Assembly (NCBI RefSeq): GCF_965662665.1
Contig: NZ_CBFIIF010000012.1
Location: 3,098-67,097, forward strand
Origin: Congregibacter sp.
GTDB taxonomy: Bacteria; Pseudomonadota; Gammaproteobacteria; Pseudomonadales; Halieaceae
Length of the DNA: 64,000 nucleotides
Reading direction: 5' to 3'
The notes beneath the pieces were generated by a model. It was not told where the DNA came from. It saw only the letters and a list, made by a program, of their open reading frames with translations, and ran no database searches. Positions 1 through 12,355 of this stretch are shown piece by piece. A program made the translations under genes and the position numbers. Within the stretch, counting starts at the first letter, position 1. The number at the start of each line of letters is the position of its first letter.

Positions 1-17
1 CTACTGCCCGCCTTCAA

Positions 18-758
18 TCAAGCGGCGCCCACAATGGCAGCAAACGCTTTCGCATCCAACGATGCTCCGCCAACCAGTGCACCATCGATATCCGATTGCG
101 CAAAAAGCTCTGCGGCATTAGCTGCCTTCACACTGCCCCCGTAAAGAAGACGCAGCGTATCTGCGTTACCCGCATCAAGATCACGTACGACATCCCTGAT
201 GAATGCGTGCATATCTTGCGCCTGTGCCGGCGACGCGGTTAATCCTGTACCAATGGCCCAAACTGGCTCATAGGCGATAGCCAAGCCATTGAGGTCCGGC
301 AGGTCGCTCAAGGCACCCAGCAGTTGAGCCTTAACCACTGACTCCGCTTGCCCGGCCTCGCGTTGCTCCTGTGTCTCGCCAACACACAAAACGGGAACCA
401 AACCGGCACGCTGTGCCATCCCCAGCTTTGCCGCCACCAAGCCATCAGATTCCTGATGGTACTGACGACGCTCTGAGTGCCCGACGATGACCCACTGGCA
501 GCCAATGTCCTTAAGCATCTCTGCGGAGACTTCCCCCGTATAAGCACCCTGGTCGATATGACTGCAATCCTGGGCACCGAGCATTACATCACTAGCACCG
601 AGTAGCTCCGAAAGCTGTCCCAGATATGCAAAGGGCGGACACAAAACACACTCTGCTCGATGTTCTTTCAGTGCGGTCAGGAAATCAGTAACAAGGGCCT
701 CGTTAAAAGCGCCTTTACCGTGCATTTTCCAGTTGGCAATGACCAGCGGCTGTCGCAT
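18..758 (-). CDS. tpiA: Triosephosphate isomerase
   Basis: Motifs ANWKM, GHSERR, AYEPVWAIGTG, LYGGSVK and LVGGASL. Start trimmed to MRQPLV (ATG at 758). Confidence 0.98.
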   Translation of the reverse strand: MRQPLVIANWKMHGKGAFNEALVTDFLTALKEHRAECVLCPPFAYLGQLSELLGASDVMLGAQDCSHIDQGAYTGEVSAEMLKDIGCQWVIVGHSERRQYHQESDGLVAAKLGMAQRAGLVPVLCVGETQEQREAGQAESVVKAQLLGALSDLPDLNGLAIAYEPVWAIGTGLTASPAQAQDMHAFIRDVVRDLDAGNADTLRLLYGGSVKAANAAELFAQSDIDGALVGGASLDAKAFAAIVGAA

Positions 759-866
759 AGCTACAAGCTCCGCGTCGCGAGGGCGCGCAATACTACCCAA
801 GCTGCCAGCCTGGGGCAAGAAAAGACCGTATTCACTTTTACAATAATCAGAGCGGCGAAACCGTGG

Positions 867-2222
867 TCAGGCCGCCGCCATGAGGCCTTCGACCGTCTGT
901 GCAAGAGCGCGACACAGGCGATCAACCTGATCTGCGTCCCGTCCCTCAATCATGACGCGGATTACCGGCTCCGTACCCGAAGACCGCAGAAGAACGCGAC
1001 CGGTATCACCAAGCTCTGCCTCTACCTGAGCCACAGCATCCGCAATCACAGGGTCTGACTCGACGCTCACACCGGGGGTAACTCGCACATTGATCATAGT
1101 CTGCGGGAACAGCGGAACATCAGTGAGAATATCCCGAAGGCTCTGTTCCGCACCTCGCAGCGCTTTGAGTACCTGCAAAGAAGACACAATACCGTCGCCC
1201 GTTGTCGTGACATCAGAACAAATAATATGCCCGGAAGACTCGCCGCCCAAATGCCAGGATTGAGCCTCCATCATCTCGCGGACATAGCGGTCACCCACTT
1301 GCGCCCGGACAAACTGCAGCCCCTGTTCACGCAGCGCTAACTCCAGGCCCAGATTCGACATCAATGTGCCGACTACTCCCGTATCGGAACTGCCCTCTCG
1401 CAATCGATTCATGGCAATAACATAAAGCAGCTGATCACCATCCACCATGGCGCCCTGATCATCGACAAACAGTACGCGGTCGCCATCGCCATCGTAGGCG
1501 ATACCCAGATCACAATTGCGCTCGCGCACCGTCTCGGCGAGGGTGCCCATGTGGGTAGAGCCCACACCTTCGTTAATGTTGAATCCGTCGGGCGACACCC
1601 CAATGGGAATCACTTCCGCACCCAACTCAGACAAGACGCTGGGCGCGATATGGTAGGTGGCACCGTGGGCGCAATCCATGGCGATCTTTAGCCCGCGGAG
1701 ACTAAAACCCTCGGGAACAGTGGCCTTGCAAAATTCAATGTAGCGCCCAGCGGCATCTACCAGGCGTTGAACCTTGCCGATATCGTGCGACTCCACACAG
1801 CTCAGCGGCTCGTCAAGCTCGGCCTCAATGGCGAGCTCAATATCATCGGGTAGCTTGGACCCGGTAGCGGAAAAAAACTTGATGCCATTATCAAAATAGG
1901 GATTATGGGATGCGCTGATTACGATCCCCGCATCAGCATTCTGCGTGCGGGTCATGAGCGCGACCGCTGGCGTAGGCATGGGCCCTAACAGCTTGACGTC
2001 CACACCCGCCGCCACCAATCCGGCCTCCAGTGCTGACTCAAACATATAGCCTGATACGCGGGTATCTTTGCCAATGATTACGCTACACCGGCCCTGCTCT
2101 GCCATAAGCCGGGTAAACACGCGCCCGCAGGCCCAGCCCAGTTTGAGTACAAAGTCCGGCGTGATCGGCGCCTCTCCAACCAATCCACGTATACCGTCCG
2201 TACCAAAGTAGCGCTTTTTCAT
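867..2222 (-). CDS. glmM: Phosphoglucosamine mutase
   Basis: [17 protein letters not shown] active-site Ser loop, DGDGDR, GGESSGH; canonical folP-glmM-tpiA order. Confidence 0.97.
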   Translation of the reverse strand: MKKRYFGTDGIRGLVGEAPITPDFVLKLGWACGRVFTRLMAEQGRCSVIIGKDTRVSGYMFESALEAGLVAAGVDVKLLGPMPTPAVALMTRTQNADAGIVISASHNPYFDNGIKFFSATGSKLPDDIELAIEAELDEPLSCVESHDIGKVQRLVDAAGRYIEFCKATVPEGFSLRGLKIAMDCAHGATYHIAPSVLSELGAEVIPIGVSPDGFNINEGVGSTHMGTLAETVRERNCDLGIAYDGDGDRVLFVDDQGAMVDGDQLLYVIAMNRLREGSSDTGVVGTLMSNLGLELALREQGLQFVRAQVGDRYVREMMEAQSWHLGGESSGHIICSDVTTTGDGIVSSLQVLKALRGAEQSLRDILTDVPLFPQTMINVRVTPGVSVESDPVIADAVAQVEAELGDTGRVLLRSSGTEPVIRVMIEGRDADQVDRLCRALAQTVEGLMAAA

Positions 2223-3094
2223 GGAATCTGAACATCCTTAACTGCTTGAAGTATTCGCAGTACGTCGGCGGTTTCTGCAACATCATGAACCCGCAATATC
2301 GACGCTCCACGCTGCGCCGCCAGTAATGCCAAAGCGAGGCTTCCCGGCAGCCGATCATCCAGCTCTCGCCCGGTTATCTTAGCAATCAGTGACTTGCGTG
2401 ATAAGCCTGCCAGGATGGGAAAACCCAACTCCTTAAGGTGATCAAGCTGAGCCAGCAGCGCGAGATTGTGCTCCAGCGTTTTGCCAAAACCAAAACCAGG
2501 ATCCAGCACAATCTGTGAGCGCGGTATGCCCGCGTCGATACAGGCATCAGCTCGGGCCTTGAGAAAGCTCGCTACCTCACTCAAGACATTCCCATAGGCA
2601 GGAGCGCTTTGCATCGTATCCGGCTGACCCTGCATATGCATGAGACATACGGGTAAATTCAGTTCAGCTGCAGCCTCGACCGCGCCTTCTCGTTGCAACG
2701 CTCGCACATCATTCAGCAGACCGGCGCCCGCCGACGCTGCAGCGCGCATGACCGCTGGGGTGCTGCTATCGAGGGACAGCACGGCATCAGTTTCGGTGCG
2801 TAAAAGCTCAAAAACCGGGAGTATGCGATCTAGTTCCTGCTGCTCGCCTACCTCAGCCGCGCCGGGTCGCGTGGATTCACCACCGATGTCGAGGATCTTT
2901 GCCCCCGCCGCCACCATCGCAACAGCTTCACGACGCAGGGCATCCAGATCCGGCTTGCCACGGGAAAACCAACGACCACCATCAGAAAAAGAATCAGGCG
3001 TAACATTCAGTACGCCCATGATTAAGGGTGTGGAAGGATCAAGGACGGTACCGGCGCAGTCTAAGCTTGCGCCGGTACCCTTAGAGGCATTCAA
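2219..3094 (-). CDS. folP: Dihydropteroate synthase
   Basis: [46 protein letters not shown]; overlaps the glmM start by 4 bp. Confidence 0.97.
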   Translation of the reverse strand: MNASKGTGASLDCAGTVLDPSTPLIMGVLNVTPDSFSDGGRWFSRGKPDLDALRREAVAMVAAGAKILDIGGESTRPGAAEVGEQQELDRILPVFELLRTETDAVLSLDSSTPAVMRAAASAGAGLLNDVRALQREGAVEAAAELNLPVCLMHMQGQPDTMQSAPAYGNVLSEVASFLKARADACIDAGIPRSQIVLDPGFGFGKTLEHNLALLAQLDHLKELGFPILAGLSRKSLIAKITGRELDDRLPGSLALALLAAQRGASILRVHDVAETADVLRILQAVKDVQIP

Positions 3095-3120
3095 AAGACG
3101 GTAGCGAAACCGGGAAAGCT

Positions 3121-5052
3121 TTAGTGCTCCCCCGCAGGCCCGCCGATAGGTCCACTGCGATCTGCAGTATCAGATCCCGCCGCCGAAGACGACCCAGAGT
3201 CGCTATCGCTGTCCTTATTGCTCCAGTCGCTAGGCTCTCGGGGGGTCCGCCCCGCCATGATGTCGTCAATTTGCTCCGCATCGATCGTCTCGTAGTGCAT
3301 CAGGGCATCTGACATCACGTGGAGCTTATCAACATGCTCTTCGAGAATATCCTGCGCCTTGCGATAGCACTCGTCGATGATGCGGCGCACTTCTGCATCA
3401 ATCTGCTTGGCTGTTTCGTCAGACATGGCTTTGTGTGATTGACCCGCACTGCGGCCAAGGAACACCTCTTCACCACCTTCGTCATAGAGCAGCGGCCCCA
3501 TCTTCTCGGAGAGTCCCCACTTGGTCACCATGTTTCTGGCGATCTCCGTGGCGCGCTGAATATCGTTGGATGCGCCCGTGGTAATACCGTCGGGCCCCAG
3601 AGTCATTTCTTCGGCGATACGTCCGCCGAAGAGGCTACAAATCTGGCTGATAATATGACGACGGCTATGCGAGTAGCGGTCTTCTTCAGGCAGAAACATG
3701 GTCACACCCAGGGCACGACCTCGGGGAATAATGCTGACCTTATAGACAGGATCGTGCTCAGGCATGACCCGTCCGACAATCGCGTGTCCGGCTTCGTGAT
3801 ACGCGGTATTACGCTTCTCGTCCTCGGACATCACCATGGACTTACGCTCAGCACCCATCATGATTTTATCTTTTGCTAACTCAAACTGTGTCATGCCCAC
3901 AGTTCTTGAGCCCGTGCGCGCAGCAAACAGTGCTGCCTCATTCACAAGGTTTGCCAGATCTGCACCAGAGAAACCCGGCGTGCCGCGAGCAATCTTGGAT
4001 GCTTCTACGTCTTCGGCCAGAGGCACTTTGCGCATGTGCACTTTGAGAATTTGTTCGCGGCCGCGAATATCGGGCAAGCCTACGACCACCTGACGATCGA
4101 AGCGACCGGGACGCAACAGCGCCGGATCAAGCACGTCCGGACGGTTGGTCGCGGCGATTACGATCACACCGTCGTTGACCTCAAAACCATCCATCTCTAC
4201 CAATAACTGGTTGAGGGTTTGCTCGCGCTCGTCGTGCCCACCGCCGAGACCTGCGCCACGATGGCGACCCACCGCGTCGATCTCGTCGATGAAAATAATG
4301 CAAGGTGCCTGCTTCTTGGCCTGATCGAACATATCGCGGACGCGCGAGGCACCGACACCCACAAACATCTCTACAAAATCCGAACCGGAGATTGAGAAGA
4401 ACGGTACTTTAGCTTCACCGGCAATGGCCTTAGCCAGGAGCGTCTTACCCGTGCCCGGCTGGCCAACCATGAGGACACCGCGGGGAATACGACCGCCCAG
4501 CTTCTGAAACTTACCGGGGTCGCGCAAAAACTCCACGAGTTCCTGGACATCTTCTTTGGCTTCATCGACGCCTGCCACATCGGCAAAGGTCGTGGTGATT
4601 TGATCTTCACCCAGCAGCTTTGCTTTGCTCTTACCAAAGCTCATAGGGCCACCGCGCCCACCGCCACCGCCCTGCATCTGGCGCATGAAGAACATGAACA
4701 CGGCGATAATGATGAGTATGGGGAAACTTGCCACGAGAAGCTGCGTCCACACGCTTTGCTGCTCGGGCTCCTTACCTTCGACTTCGACCTGATGGGTCAG
4801 CAGATCATCCATGAGCTTGGGATCTTCCACCATGGGTCGCGTCGTTTCAAAATACGAGCCATCGAAACGCTCACCGGCAATTGTAAGGCCGTCAATTGTG
4901 ACCTTGCGGACCTGGTCGCGCTGGATTTCCTGAATAAACTCGGAGTACACCATGCGCTCTGTGGGCGTCTGCATGCTGAAGTTGTTAAAGATCGAGAGCA
5001 GCACCGCAGCTATCACGACCCACAACAGCAGATTTTTGGCCATATCGTTCAA
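3121..5052 (-). CDS. ftsH: ATP-dependent zinc metalloprotease FtsH
   Basis: Two TM helices, Walker A GQPGTGKT, Walker [14 protein letters not shown] zinc motif. Probable TTG start (LNDMAKN) at 5052 with GAGG RBS. Confidence 0.98.
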   Translation of the reverse strand: MNDMAKNLLLWVVIAAVLLSIFNNFSMQTPTERMVYSEFIQEIQRDQVRKVTIDGLTIAGERFDGSYFETTRPMVEDPKLMDDLLTHQVEVEGKEPEQQSVWTQLLVASFPILIIIAVFMFFMRQMQGGGGGRGGPMSFGKSKAKLLGEDQITTTFADVAGVDEAKEDVQELVEFLRDPGKFQKLGGRIPRGVLMVGQPGTGKTLLAKAIAGEAKVPFFSISGSDFVEMFVGVGASRVRDMFDQAKKQAPCIIFIDEIDAVGRHRGAGLGGGHDEREQTLNQLLVEMDGFEVNDGVIVIAATNRPDVLDPALLRPGRFDRQVVVGLPDIRGREQILKVHMRKVPLAEDVEASKIARGTPGFSGADLANLVNEAALFAARTGSRTVGMTQFELAKDKIMMGAERKSMVMSEDEKRNTAYHEAGHAIVGRVMPEHDPVYKVSIIPRGRALGVTMFLPEEDRYSHSRRHIISQICSLFGGRIAEEMTLGPDGITTGASNDIQRATEIARNMVTKWGLSEKMGPLLYDEGGEEVFLGRSAGQSHKAMSDETAKQIDAEVRRIIDECYRKAQDILEEHVDKLHVMSDALMHYETIDAEQIDDIMAGRTPREPSDWSNKDSDSDSGSSSAAGSDTADRSGPIGGPAGEH

Positions 5053-5221
5053 AATCGTTACCTCGTTGCTGCGCCAGCTTCTTGGGGCTAGCGCCAAATA
5101 TTCACCGGCGTCTGCAACGCTTGATTGCGTAACCCTGGACACCCATGTCCAAAGATCGCCGGTCGATCAGTATAGCGTTTTTTACGCCAAAAACGCCCTA
5201 TTGGGCCACCTCTCGATAAGC

Positions 5222-5860
5222 CTATAGCTCGTCGGGGGCTTTGCGGCGGCCACGGGCCACCAAATACACTTCCCGTGAGCGCGGCCTCGATGCCGTAGGC
5301 TTACGCGTTGAGACCTTCTCAAACTGCTCTCGGGTCGCCTTGAACAACTCATCAAAGCCTTCCCCCTGAAACACCTTAGTCACAAAGACACCACCGGGCG
5401 CCAGGACACGACAGGCCATATCCAAAGCAAGTTCTACCAGATAAATCGACTTCGGCTGATCTACGGCACTCACCCCACTCATGTTGGGGGCCATATCAGA
5501 AATTACAAGGTCCGCAGGTTCGTCGCCCATCTCCTTCAAAATGCGCTCAAATACATCGTTCTCCGTAAAATCTCCTTGAACGAAGTCGACCCCATCAATC
5601 TCACCCATGGGCAGGATGTCCGATGCGATAACCTGCCCTCGCTTGCCCACCAGCTCCGCAGCCACCTGAGACCAACCCCCGGGAGCGCTGCCCAGATCCA
5701 AAACCGTCATTCCCGGTCGGATCAAACCGTCGCGCTCCTGCAACTCAAGCAGTTTGTAACAAGCACGAGACCGGTAACCATCGCGCTGTGCCTGCTGCAC
5801 ATAGGGGTCATCCCTATGCTCGCGCAGCCACGCTTTACTGCTGGACCGCTTTTTAACCAT
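5222..5860 (-). CDS. rlmE: 23S rRNA Um2552 2'-O-methyltransferase RlmE
   Basis: [30 protein letters not shown]; lies upstream of ftsH. Start trimmed to MVKKRSSS. Confidence 0.97.
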   Translation of the reverse strand: MVKKRSSSKAWLREHRDDPYVQQAQRDGYRSRACYKLLELQERDGLIRPGMTVLDLGSAPGGWSQVAAELVGKRGQVIASDILPMGEIDGVDFVQGDFTENDVFERILKEMGDEPADLVISDMAPNMSGVSAVDQPKSIYLVELALDMACRVLAPGGVFVTKVFQGEGFDELFKATREQFEKVSTRKPTASRPRSREVYLVARGRRKAPDEL

Positions 5861-5965
5861 GCGTATTTCCTGAACGATCGATTTTGCCGTCAACGGACTG
5901 TTTGGGTCGCGAAGGGACTGTAGTGTAGACTCCGCGCCCCGCTGACTTTCTCGGTTTACCCTAGC

Positions 5966-6274
5966 ATGACCCGCAAAACAAACACGCGCCAACTTCGTGC
6001 GATCGGCCACAAACTTCACCCCATCGTCACCATCGCCGGGAACGGCCTCAGCGAGACAGTGCTCCTGGAACTTGAGCGTGCGCTCAATGATCACGAGCTC
6101 ATCAAAATTAAGCTCGCCGTCGGCAGCCGCGAAGCGCGGGACGAAGTCCTTGCGCAACTACTGGAAGACAGTAAGGCAGAGCTGGTGCAGCGGGTTGGCA
6201 ACACGGCACTGCTGCTGCGTCACAGCGCTCAACCGGACCCCAAAAAATCCAATCTTCTCAGAATGCTGGGCTAG
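5966..6274 (+). CDS. yhbY: YhbY/CRM-domain RNA-binding protein
   Basis: [28 protein letters not shown]; divergent from rlmE, its usual position. Confidence 0.93.
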   Translation: MTRKTNTRQLRAIGHKLHPIVTIAGNGLSETVLLELERALNDHELIKIKLAVGSREARDEVLAQLLEDSKAELVQRVGNTALLLRHSAQPDPKKSNLLRMLG

Positions 6275-6323
6275 CCTGAATCGAGCAGACCTGCGCGCCG
6301 CAGGAGCGACTACTGGTAGCTGG

Positions 6324-6365
6324 TGATTGCTGACTGCTGACTGCTAACTGCTAACTGCTGATTGG
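6324..6365. repeat. Six-copy heptamer tandem repeat T(G/A)A(C/T)TG(C/G)
   Basis: tgattgc tgactgc tgactgc taactgc taactgc tgattgg, read directly between the convergent yhbY and greA genes. Confidence 0.85.
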
Positions 6366-6375
6366 AATCAAGTGC

Positions 6376-6852
6376 TTAAAGGTGGCGCACCTGATCTATT
6401 TCGTACTCACGGTCACCGCCCGGGGCACGCACAATAACCACATCACCTTCCTCTTTGCCTATCAACGCACGGGCGATAGGTGAGTTTACCGAGATAAGAT
6501 TCTGCTTGGCATCCGCTTCGTCATCGCCAACGATGCGATAGGTCACAGTGTCGTCATTCTCTACGTTGATCAGGTCTACCGTGACACCAAAAATGACTTT
6601 TCCCGTGCAGGCTATGGTGGTCACATCAATGACCTGGGCGTGGGACAGCTTACCCTCAATATCCATGATCCTGCCCTCGGCAAAACTCTGCTGCTCCCGA
6701 GCGGCGTGATACTCCGCGTTTTCCTTCAGATCACCGTGCTCTCTGGCCTCGGCTATCGCCTGCACAATTCGCGGACGATCAACTTTCTTTAACTGCTCGA
6801 GCTCCTGGCGCAGGGCCTGCTCCCCCTGCGCTGTCATCGGCACCTTACTCAT
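6376..6852 (-). CDS. greA: Transcription elongation factor GreA
   Basis: [18 protein letters not shown] and [14 protein letters not shown]; 158 aa from MSKVPMT; ATG overlaps the carB stop (TAATG). Confidence 0.97.
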   Translation of the reverse strand: MSKVPMTAQGEQALRQELEQLKKVDRPRIVQAIAEAREHGDLKENAEYHAAREQQSFAEGRIMDIEGKLSHAQVIDVTTIACTGKVIFGVTVDLINVENDDTVTYRIVGDDEADAKQNLISVNSPIARALIGKEEGDVVIVRAPGGDREYEIDQVRHL

Positions 6853-9800
6853 TAATGCATGCTCCTGTGGAGATCCTGCAGACGACGCACGGTCTTGTCT
6901 CCTTCTCGCTGCAGGGTCAGGCAAATCGCCTCGGCCGCAGCAAGCGTTGTTGTATAGAAAACCCGATGTGCCTCAGCACTCGCTCGAATTGGCGCCGAGT
7001 CAGCGATGGCCCGGCGTCCCTCTGTGGTGTTGATAATGATATCTGCCTCGTCGTTCTTGATCATATCGACGATATGAGGGCGCCCCTCGAGCACTTTCTT
7101 TACGCGGCGAACCTCTAGACCCGCCGCCTCCAGCGCATCCGCCGTACCTCCGGTCGCCGCCAGATTAAAGCCCAAACTCACCATCTGCCGGGCAAAAGCT
7201 ACGGCGCCGGGCTTATCGACATCGCGAACACTTATGAGGAGTGTGCCACTGCGCGGCGGAGGATCGCCCGCAGCCAGCTGCGCCTTAGCGAACGCATCGG
7301 CAAAGCTATCGCCAGTGCCCATGACCTCACCGGTAGACTTCATCTCCGGCCCCAGAATCGGATCGACACCGGGGAATTTGTTAAAGGGCATCACCGCCTC
7401 TTTGACGCTAAAGAACTCCGGCACGATCTCTGCCGTAAAGCCCTGATCTTCGAGACTCACGCCGGCCATGCAGCGTGCCGCGATCTTCGCCAAGGAAGTT
7501 CCAATACACTTGGACACAAAGGGCACGGTACGCGATGCACGGGGATTTACTTCGATGACGTAAATTTTTTCGTCCTGCCAGGCAAGCTGTACATTCATCA
7601 AGCCTTTAACACCCAATGCCAAGGCCATTTGCTTCACCTGCTCGCGCATTTGATCTTGCACATCTGCAGGAAGGCTATAGGGCGGCAATGAGCACGCCGA
7701 ATCTCCCGAGTGCACACCGGCCTGTTCGATATGCTGCATGATGGCGCCAATCACAACCTGCTCGCCATCAGACACCGCATCGATGTCGACCTCGATTGCG
7801 GCGCTCAAAAAGCTGTCCAAGAGAACCGGAGACTCATCGCTGACCGACACCGCCTCACGCATGTAGCGAAGCAGATCCTCCTCTCGATACACGATCTCCA
7901 TAGCCCGACCACCCAAAACATAGGAAGGGCGTACCACTAACGGATAGCCGATACTGCGCGCCGCCTCGACGGCCTCTTCGACGCTGCGAACCGTGGTGTT
8001 TGCCGGCTGCAGCAAGCCAAGATCCTGAATGAGATGCTGAAAGCGCTCACGATCTTCGGCCCGATCAATGGCATCGGGGGTCGTGCCAATAATGGGCACG
8101 CCGGCAGCTTCCAGGGCTCGAGCCAGCTTGAGCGGCGTTTGCCCTCCAAACTGCACAATCACGCCTTCGGGCTTTTCCTTGGCGACAATCTCAAGCACAT
8201 CTTCAAGGGTGACCGGCTCAAAATACAGGCGATCCGACGTGTCGTAATCCGTAGAGACCGTCTCAGGGTTACAGTTCACCATGATCGTCTCGTAACCATC
8301 TTCGCGCATAGCCAACACCGCGTGAACACAGCAGTAATCGAACTCGATTCCCTGGCCGATACGGTTGGGGCCACCACCGATCACAAGGATCTTTGGACGA
8401 TCTGACGGCTCCGCCTCACACTCTTCATCGTAGGTGGAGTACATATAGGCCGTGCTCGAGGCAAACTCTGCCGCACAGGTGTCGACGCGCTTGTACACCG
8501 GGCGAATATTCAATCCCTGACGATGCTCACGTACGGAGGTTTCGCTTACCTTGAGGAGCGCCGCCAGACGCCGATCTGCAAAGCCTTTTCGCTTGAGCCT
8601 AAAGAGCCGCTGTGTGTCCAAATCCTCGAGCGTGCCCGCCGCGATCGCCAGCTCATCCTTAACAATGTCTTCAATCTGAACGAGGTACCAGGGATCAACA
8701 CCGGAGTGTCCATACACCTCGTCTACGGTCATACCCAGGCGGAAGGCGTCCGCCAGATGCCAGATACGATCGGCCCCGGGGTTAATCAGTTCACTGATGA
8801 GCTCATCGCTGGGCTCCACATCATCCGGCCCCAAACGTGATTCGAAGCCCGAAGCGCCGACTTCCAGACCGCGCAACGCCTTTTGCATTGACTCCTGGAA
8901 GTTGCGACCAATGGCCATCACTTCCCCCACGGACTTCATCTGAGTGGTCAGCCGGGCATCCGCGGCGTTGAATTTCTCAAAGGCAAAGCGGGGGATTTTC
9001 GTAACAACGTAATCAATGGAGGGTTCAAAAGAGGCGGGGGTCGCACCTCCGGTGATGTCGTTCTTCAATTCATCCAGGGTGTATCCGATGGCCAGCTTTG
9101 CGGCAACTTTGGCGATAGGAAATCCGGTAGCTTTAGACGCCAGCGCCGAAGATCGCGACACCCGGGGGTTCATCTCAATAACCACCATGCGACCGGTGTC
9201 CGGACACATGCCAAACTGTACGTTCGAGCCGCCAGTCTCTACACCGATCTCACGCAGCACCGCCAGAGAGGCGTTGCGCATGATCTGATATTCCTTGTCG
9301 GTAAGCGTTTGCGCCGGTGCGACGGTAATGGAGTCGCCGGTATGCACACCCATGGCGTCAAAGTTTTCAATGGCGCAAATAATGATGCAGTTGTCATTGC
9401 GATCGCGAACAACCTCCATCTCGTACTCTTTCCAGCCGATGAGGGACTCATCGATGAGAAGCTCGGACGTGGGCGAGAGATCCAAACCGCGAACACAGAT
9501 CTCCTCAAACTCTTCGCGGTTGTAGGCGATACCGCCGCCGGAACCACCCATAGTGAACGAGGGCCTGATAATGCAGGGGAATCCTATGGAGTCGAGAACC
9601 GCGTGCGCCTCATCCATGGACCGGGCAAAAGATGCTCGGGGCGTCTCCAGCCCGATTCGCTTCATGGCCTTGTCGAATAACTCGCGATCTTCCGCCTTGT
9701 CGATGGCTTCCTTGGTGGCGCCGATAAGCTCCACACCGTTTGCTTCGAGGACACCCTCGCGAGCCAAATCCAGCGCGCAGTTCAGAGCCGTCTGGCCACC

Positions 9801-10070
9801 CATGGTCGGCAACAGCGCATCGGGCTTTTCTACTTCGATAATCCGCTGCACTGTGCGCCACTCAATGGGTTCGATGTAGGTAGCATCTGCCATTGCGGGA
9901 TCGGTCATGATCGTAGCGGGATTGGAATTCACCAGAATCACCCGATACCCCTCCTCACGCAGCGCCTTACAGGCTTGCGCGCCGGAGTAGTCGAATTCGC
10001 AGGCCTGACCGATGACGATGGGTCCGGCGCCTACAATGAGGATGCTCTTTAAGTCTGTACGCTTTGGCAT
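6852..10070 (-). CDS. carB: Carbamoyl-phosphate synthase large subunit
   Basis: [30 protein letters not shown]; duplicated ATP-grasp halves; C-terminal MGS domain. Confidence 0.99.
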   Translation of the reverse strand: MPKRTDLKSILIVGAGPIVIGQACEFDYSGAQACKALREEGYRVILVNSNPATIMTDPAMADATYIEPIEWRTVQRIIEVEKPDALLPTMGGQTALNCALDLAREGVLEANGVELIGATKEAIDKAEDRELFDKAMKRIGLETPRASFARSMDEAHAVLDSIGFPCIIRPSFTMGGSGGGIAYNREEFEEICVRGLDLSPTSELLIDESLIGWKEYEMEVVRDRNDNCIIICAIENFDAMGVHTGDSITVAPAQTLTDKEYQIMRNASLAVLREIGVETGGSNVQFGMCPDTGRMVVIEMNPRVSRSSALASKATGFPIAKVAAKLAIGYTLDELKNDITGGATPASFEPSIDYVVTKIPRFAFEKFNAADARLTTQMKSVGEVMAIGRNFQESMQKALRGLEVGASGFESRLGPDDVEPSDELISELINPGADRIWHLADAFRLGMTVDEVYGHSGVDPWYLVQIEDIVKDELAIAAGTLEDLDTQRLFRLKRKGFADRRLAALLKVSETSVREHRQGLNIRPVYKRVDTCAAEFASSTAYMYSTYDEECEAEPSDRPKILVIGGGPNRIGQGIEFDYCCVHAVLAMREDGYETIMVNCNPETVSTDYDTSDRLYFEPVTLEDVLEIVAKEKPEGVIVQFGGQTPLKLARALEAAGVPIIGTTPDAIDRAEDRERFQHLIQDLGLLQPANTTVRSVEEAVEAARSIGYPLVVRPSYVLGGRAMEIVYREEDLLRYMREAVSVSDESPVLLDSFLSAAIEVDIDAVSDGEQVVIGAIMQHIEQAGVHSGDSACSLPPYSLPADVQDQMREQVKQMALALGVKGLMNVQLAWQDEKIYVIEVNPRASRTVPFVSKCIGTSLAKIAARCMAGVSLEDQGFTAEIVPEFFSVKEAVMPFNKFPGVDPILGPEMKSTGEVMGTGDSFADAFAKAQLAAGDPPPRSGTLLISVRDVDKPGAVAFARQMVSLGFNLAATGGTADALEAAGLEVRRVKKVLEGRPHIVDMIKNDEADIIINTTEGRRAIADSAPIRASAEAHRVFYTTTLAAAEAICLTLQREGDKTVRRLQDLHRSMH

Positions 10071-10074
10071 GCGC

Positions 10075-11211
10075 TTATACCGCCCGCTGTTGCATGAGGC
10101 TGATGAAATGGTCGAAGAGCACACTGGGCTCATGAGGGCCCGGACTCGCCTCGGGGTGCCCCTGAAAACTGAAGGCGGGCTTATCCGTTCGCTCGATACC
10201 CTGCAGGGTCCCATCGAAAAGTGAGCGGTGAGTGACCCCGATACAATCCGGCAGCGCGGCGTCATCAACCGCAAAACCATGATTCTGACTTGTGATCATC
10301 ACCCTGCCGTCCCTCAGATCCTGTACCGGGTGATTCGCACCGTGATGACCGAACTTCATTTTCAAAGTGCCTGCACCACTGGCAAGCGCCAGTAACTGGT
10401 GACCCAGACAAATCCCGAAGATCGGTACCCCGGACTCCAACAGTTCAGTTATCGCACTGATGGCATAGTCACAGGGCTCCGGGTCGCCAGGGCCATTGGA
10501 GAGAAAAACCCCATCCGGATTCAGTGCCAGCACCTCACTGGCGCTTGTCTGCGCGGGAACCACCGTGAGACGACAGCCCCGATCCGCAAGCATGCGTAAG
10601 ATATTGCGTTTCACCCCAAAGTCGTAGGCAACTACATGCCAGGGCATATCGTCGACCGCTGGATCGGCGAAGCCCTCTCCCAGCGCCCAACTGCCGGCAG
10701 TCCACTCGTAGCGCTCGCTAGTGGACACTTCCTTTGCCAGATCCAGGCCCTTGAGCCCGGGAAAGTCTTTCGCCAGTGCTAATGCGGTATCGACATCGAG
10801 AGACTCCGTCGCCATAAGGCAGCCATTCTGGGCACCCTTGTCCCGAAGCACCCGAGTAAGGCGCCGCGTATCAATATCTGCGATACCCACCACGTTACGC
10901 TCGCGAAGGTAGTCATCAAGCGCCTGTGTGTTACGAAAATTGCTCGCCATTAAGGGAAGATCCCGAATGACCAGGCCTGAGGCCCATATCTGGGACGACT
11001 CTTCGTCCTCGGGATTGGTACCGGTGTTACCAATATGTGGGTAGGTCAGCGTAACAATCTGACGGGCGTAGGACGGGTCGGTGAGAATCTCCTGGTAACC
11101 GGTCATCGCGGTGTTAAACACGACTTCGCCAACGGAGGCAGCGGCGGCACCAATGGATATCCCGTGGAATACGCTGCCGTCTTCAAGAACCAGAATTGCG
11201 GGACGGGTCAA
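10075..11211 (-). CDS. carA: Carbamoyl-phosphate synthase small subunit
   Basis: [29 protein letters not shown] (catalytic Cys), [10 protein letters not shown]; TTG start with GAGGA RBS. Confidence 0.99.
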   Translation of the reverse strand: MTRPAILVLEDGSVFHGISIGAAAASVGEVVFNTAMTGYQEILTDPSYARQIVTLTYPHIGNTGTNPEDEESSQIWASGLVIRDLPLMASNFRNTQALDDYLRERNVVGIADIDTRRLTRVLRDKGAQNGCLMATESLDVDTALALAKDFPGLKGLDLAKEVSTSERYEWTAGSWALGEGFADPAVDDMPWHVVAYDFGVKRNILRMLADRGCRLTVVPAQTSASEVLALNPDGVFLSNGPGDPEPCDYAISAITELLESGVPIFGICLGHQLLALASGAGTLKMKFGHHGANHPVQDLRDGRVMITSQNHGFAVDDAALPDCIGVTHRSLFDGTLQGIERTDKPAFSFQGHPEASPGPHEPSVLFDHFISLMQQRAV

Positions 11212-11250
11212 TCGTTCCTCCAGGGGCGCCGGTACTCCGCTCGCAGGCTC

Positions 11251-11286
11251 AAAAAAAAGCGAGATGAGTAGGCCTCATCTCGCTTT
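11251..11286 (-). terminator. Intrinsic terminator/attenuator in the carA leader
   Basis: 13-bp inverted repeat aaagcgagatgag/ctcatctcgcttt with a 5-nt loop, running into T8 on the minus strand, ~40 nt upstream of the carA start. Confidence 0.85.
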
Positions 11287-11337
11287 AATTGGCATGTCAA
11301 TGTACGTTAATACCGGCTGCTCAGAATTTAGTGTCAT
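11275..11337 (-). CDS. Putative carA leader peptide (MTLNSEQPVLTYIDMPIKAR)
   Basis: 20-codon ORF read manually; its TGA stop lies inside the 5' arm of the attenuator hairpin, as in pseudomonad carA leaders. Confidence 0.6.
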   Translation of the reverse strand: MTLNSEQPVLTYIDMPIKAR

Positions 11338-11488
11338 CAAAATCGTACGCCGAACAGTTCATCCGGCTCTGGTCGCGCAGTGTACGAAATCGTCTGTTTT
11401 GTGTCCACACAGATCGTCCACTAAGTCAGCGCTGGCTGAGTCCTGTTAGTCTGCCTATGATGAGGCCCCAGGATGATGGACCACTCGC

Positions 11489-12355
11489 ATGAACTACTTT
11501 ACTGGCAAGCATGCCGCGATCACCGGGGCAGGCTCGGGTATTGGCAGAGCACTCGCTCAGCAACTGAACAACGCAGGCTGCCACCTGCATCTCTCGGATA
11601 TTGATAGAGATGGCCTTGCAGATACTGTTAACTCCTTTACCAATACTGATGCAACGGCCTACAGCACTATCGTCGATGTGTCAGACGCGGGCGCCGTTGC
11701 GCGCTGGGCGCAGGCCGTGAACGAAGTAACGCCAACACTCCATCTGCTGGTCAACAATGCCGGCGTGGATCTTATGGCTTCGGTCGTAGATACCACCCTG
11801 GATGACTTTCACTGGCTGATGAATATCAATTTCTGGGGCGTGGTACACGGATGTCAGTCTTTCATCCCAGCGCTTGAAAAGGCAGAGCGTAGCCATCTGG
11901 TCAACATTTCATCGGTTTTCGGCCTCATCGCGGTACCCCATCAATCGGCCTACAACGCTGCTAAATTCGCGGTGCGGGGATTCAGTGAGTCCCTCCGCCA
12001 GGAGCTGGATCTCCAGGGCAGCCCTGTGAAATTGTGCTGCGTTCATCCCGGTGGGATCGATACCAACATTGCTCGCAGAGCCCGCAACGTTGATCCCAAT
12101 GCTACCCCTGAGTCACAACAGGAAATGTTCGCGCAGCATGTGCGAACCAGTGCCGAGGATGCAGCCCGTAAAATCCTCCGTGCCGCCGAAAAAGGCCAGA
12201 GGCGACTGCTCATTGGCAGCGACGCGAGGGTTGTCGACTGGATTGTGCGTTTGTTCCCGACCGCCTACGCTCGTCTGTTCCGCAAGGCAACAGAAAGTGC
12301 ACTGACAGACACACGGTCAGACCCACTCTCGGACGAGCAACCCAGCAGCTCATGA
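11489..12355 (+). CDS. Short-chain dehydrogenase/reductase
   Basis: TGAGSGIG, NNAG, catalytic YNAAK, VHPGGIDT. Confidence 0.92.
   Translation: MNYFTGKHAAITGAGSGIGRALAQQLNNAGCHLHLSDIDRDGLADTVNSFTNTDATAYSTIVDVSDAGAVARWAQAVNEVTPTLHLLVNNAGVDLMASVVDTTLDDFHWLMNINFWGVVHGCQSFIPALEKAERSHLVNISSVFGLIAVPHQSAYNAAKFAVRGFSESLRQELDLQGSPVKLCCVHPGGIDTNIARRARNVDPNATPESQQEMFAQHVRTSAEDAARKILRAAEKGQRRLLIGSDARVVDWIVRLFPTAYARLFRKATESALTDTRSDPLSDEQPSSS

Noticed and set aside
5860-6157. Long N-terminal extension of rlmE in the ORF track
   Set aside because: It overlaps yhbY on the opposite strand, and homology begins at MVKKRSSS. Similar spurious extensions were trimmed for tpiA, ftsH, greA, carB and others.
6324-6365. 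CRISPR array
   Set aside because: The 7-bp units have no spacers and there are no cas genes in the window.
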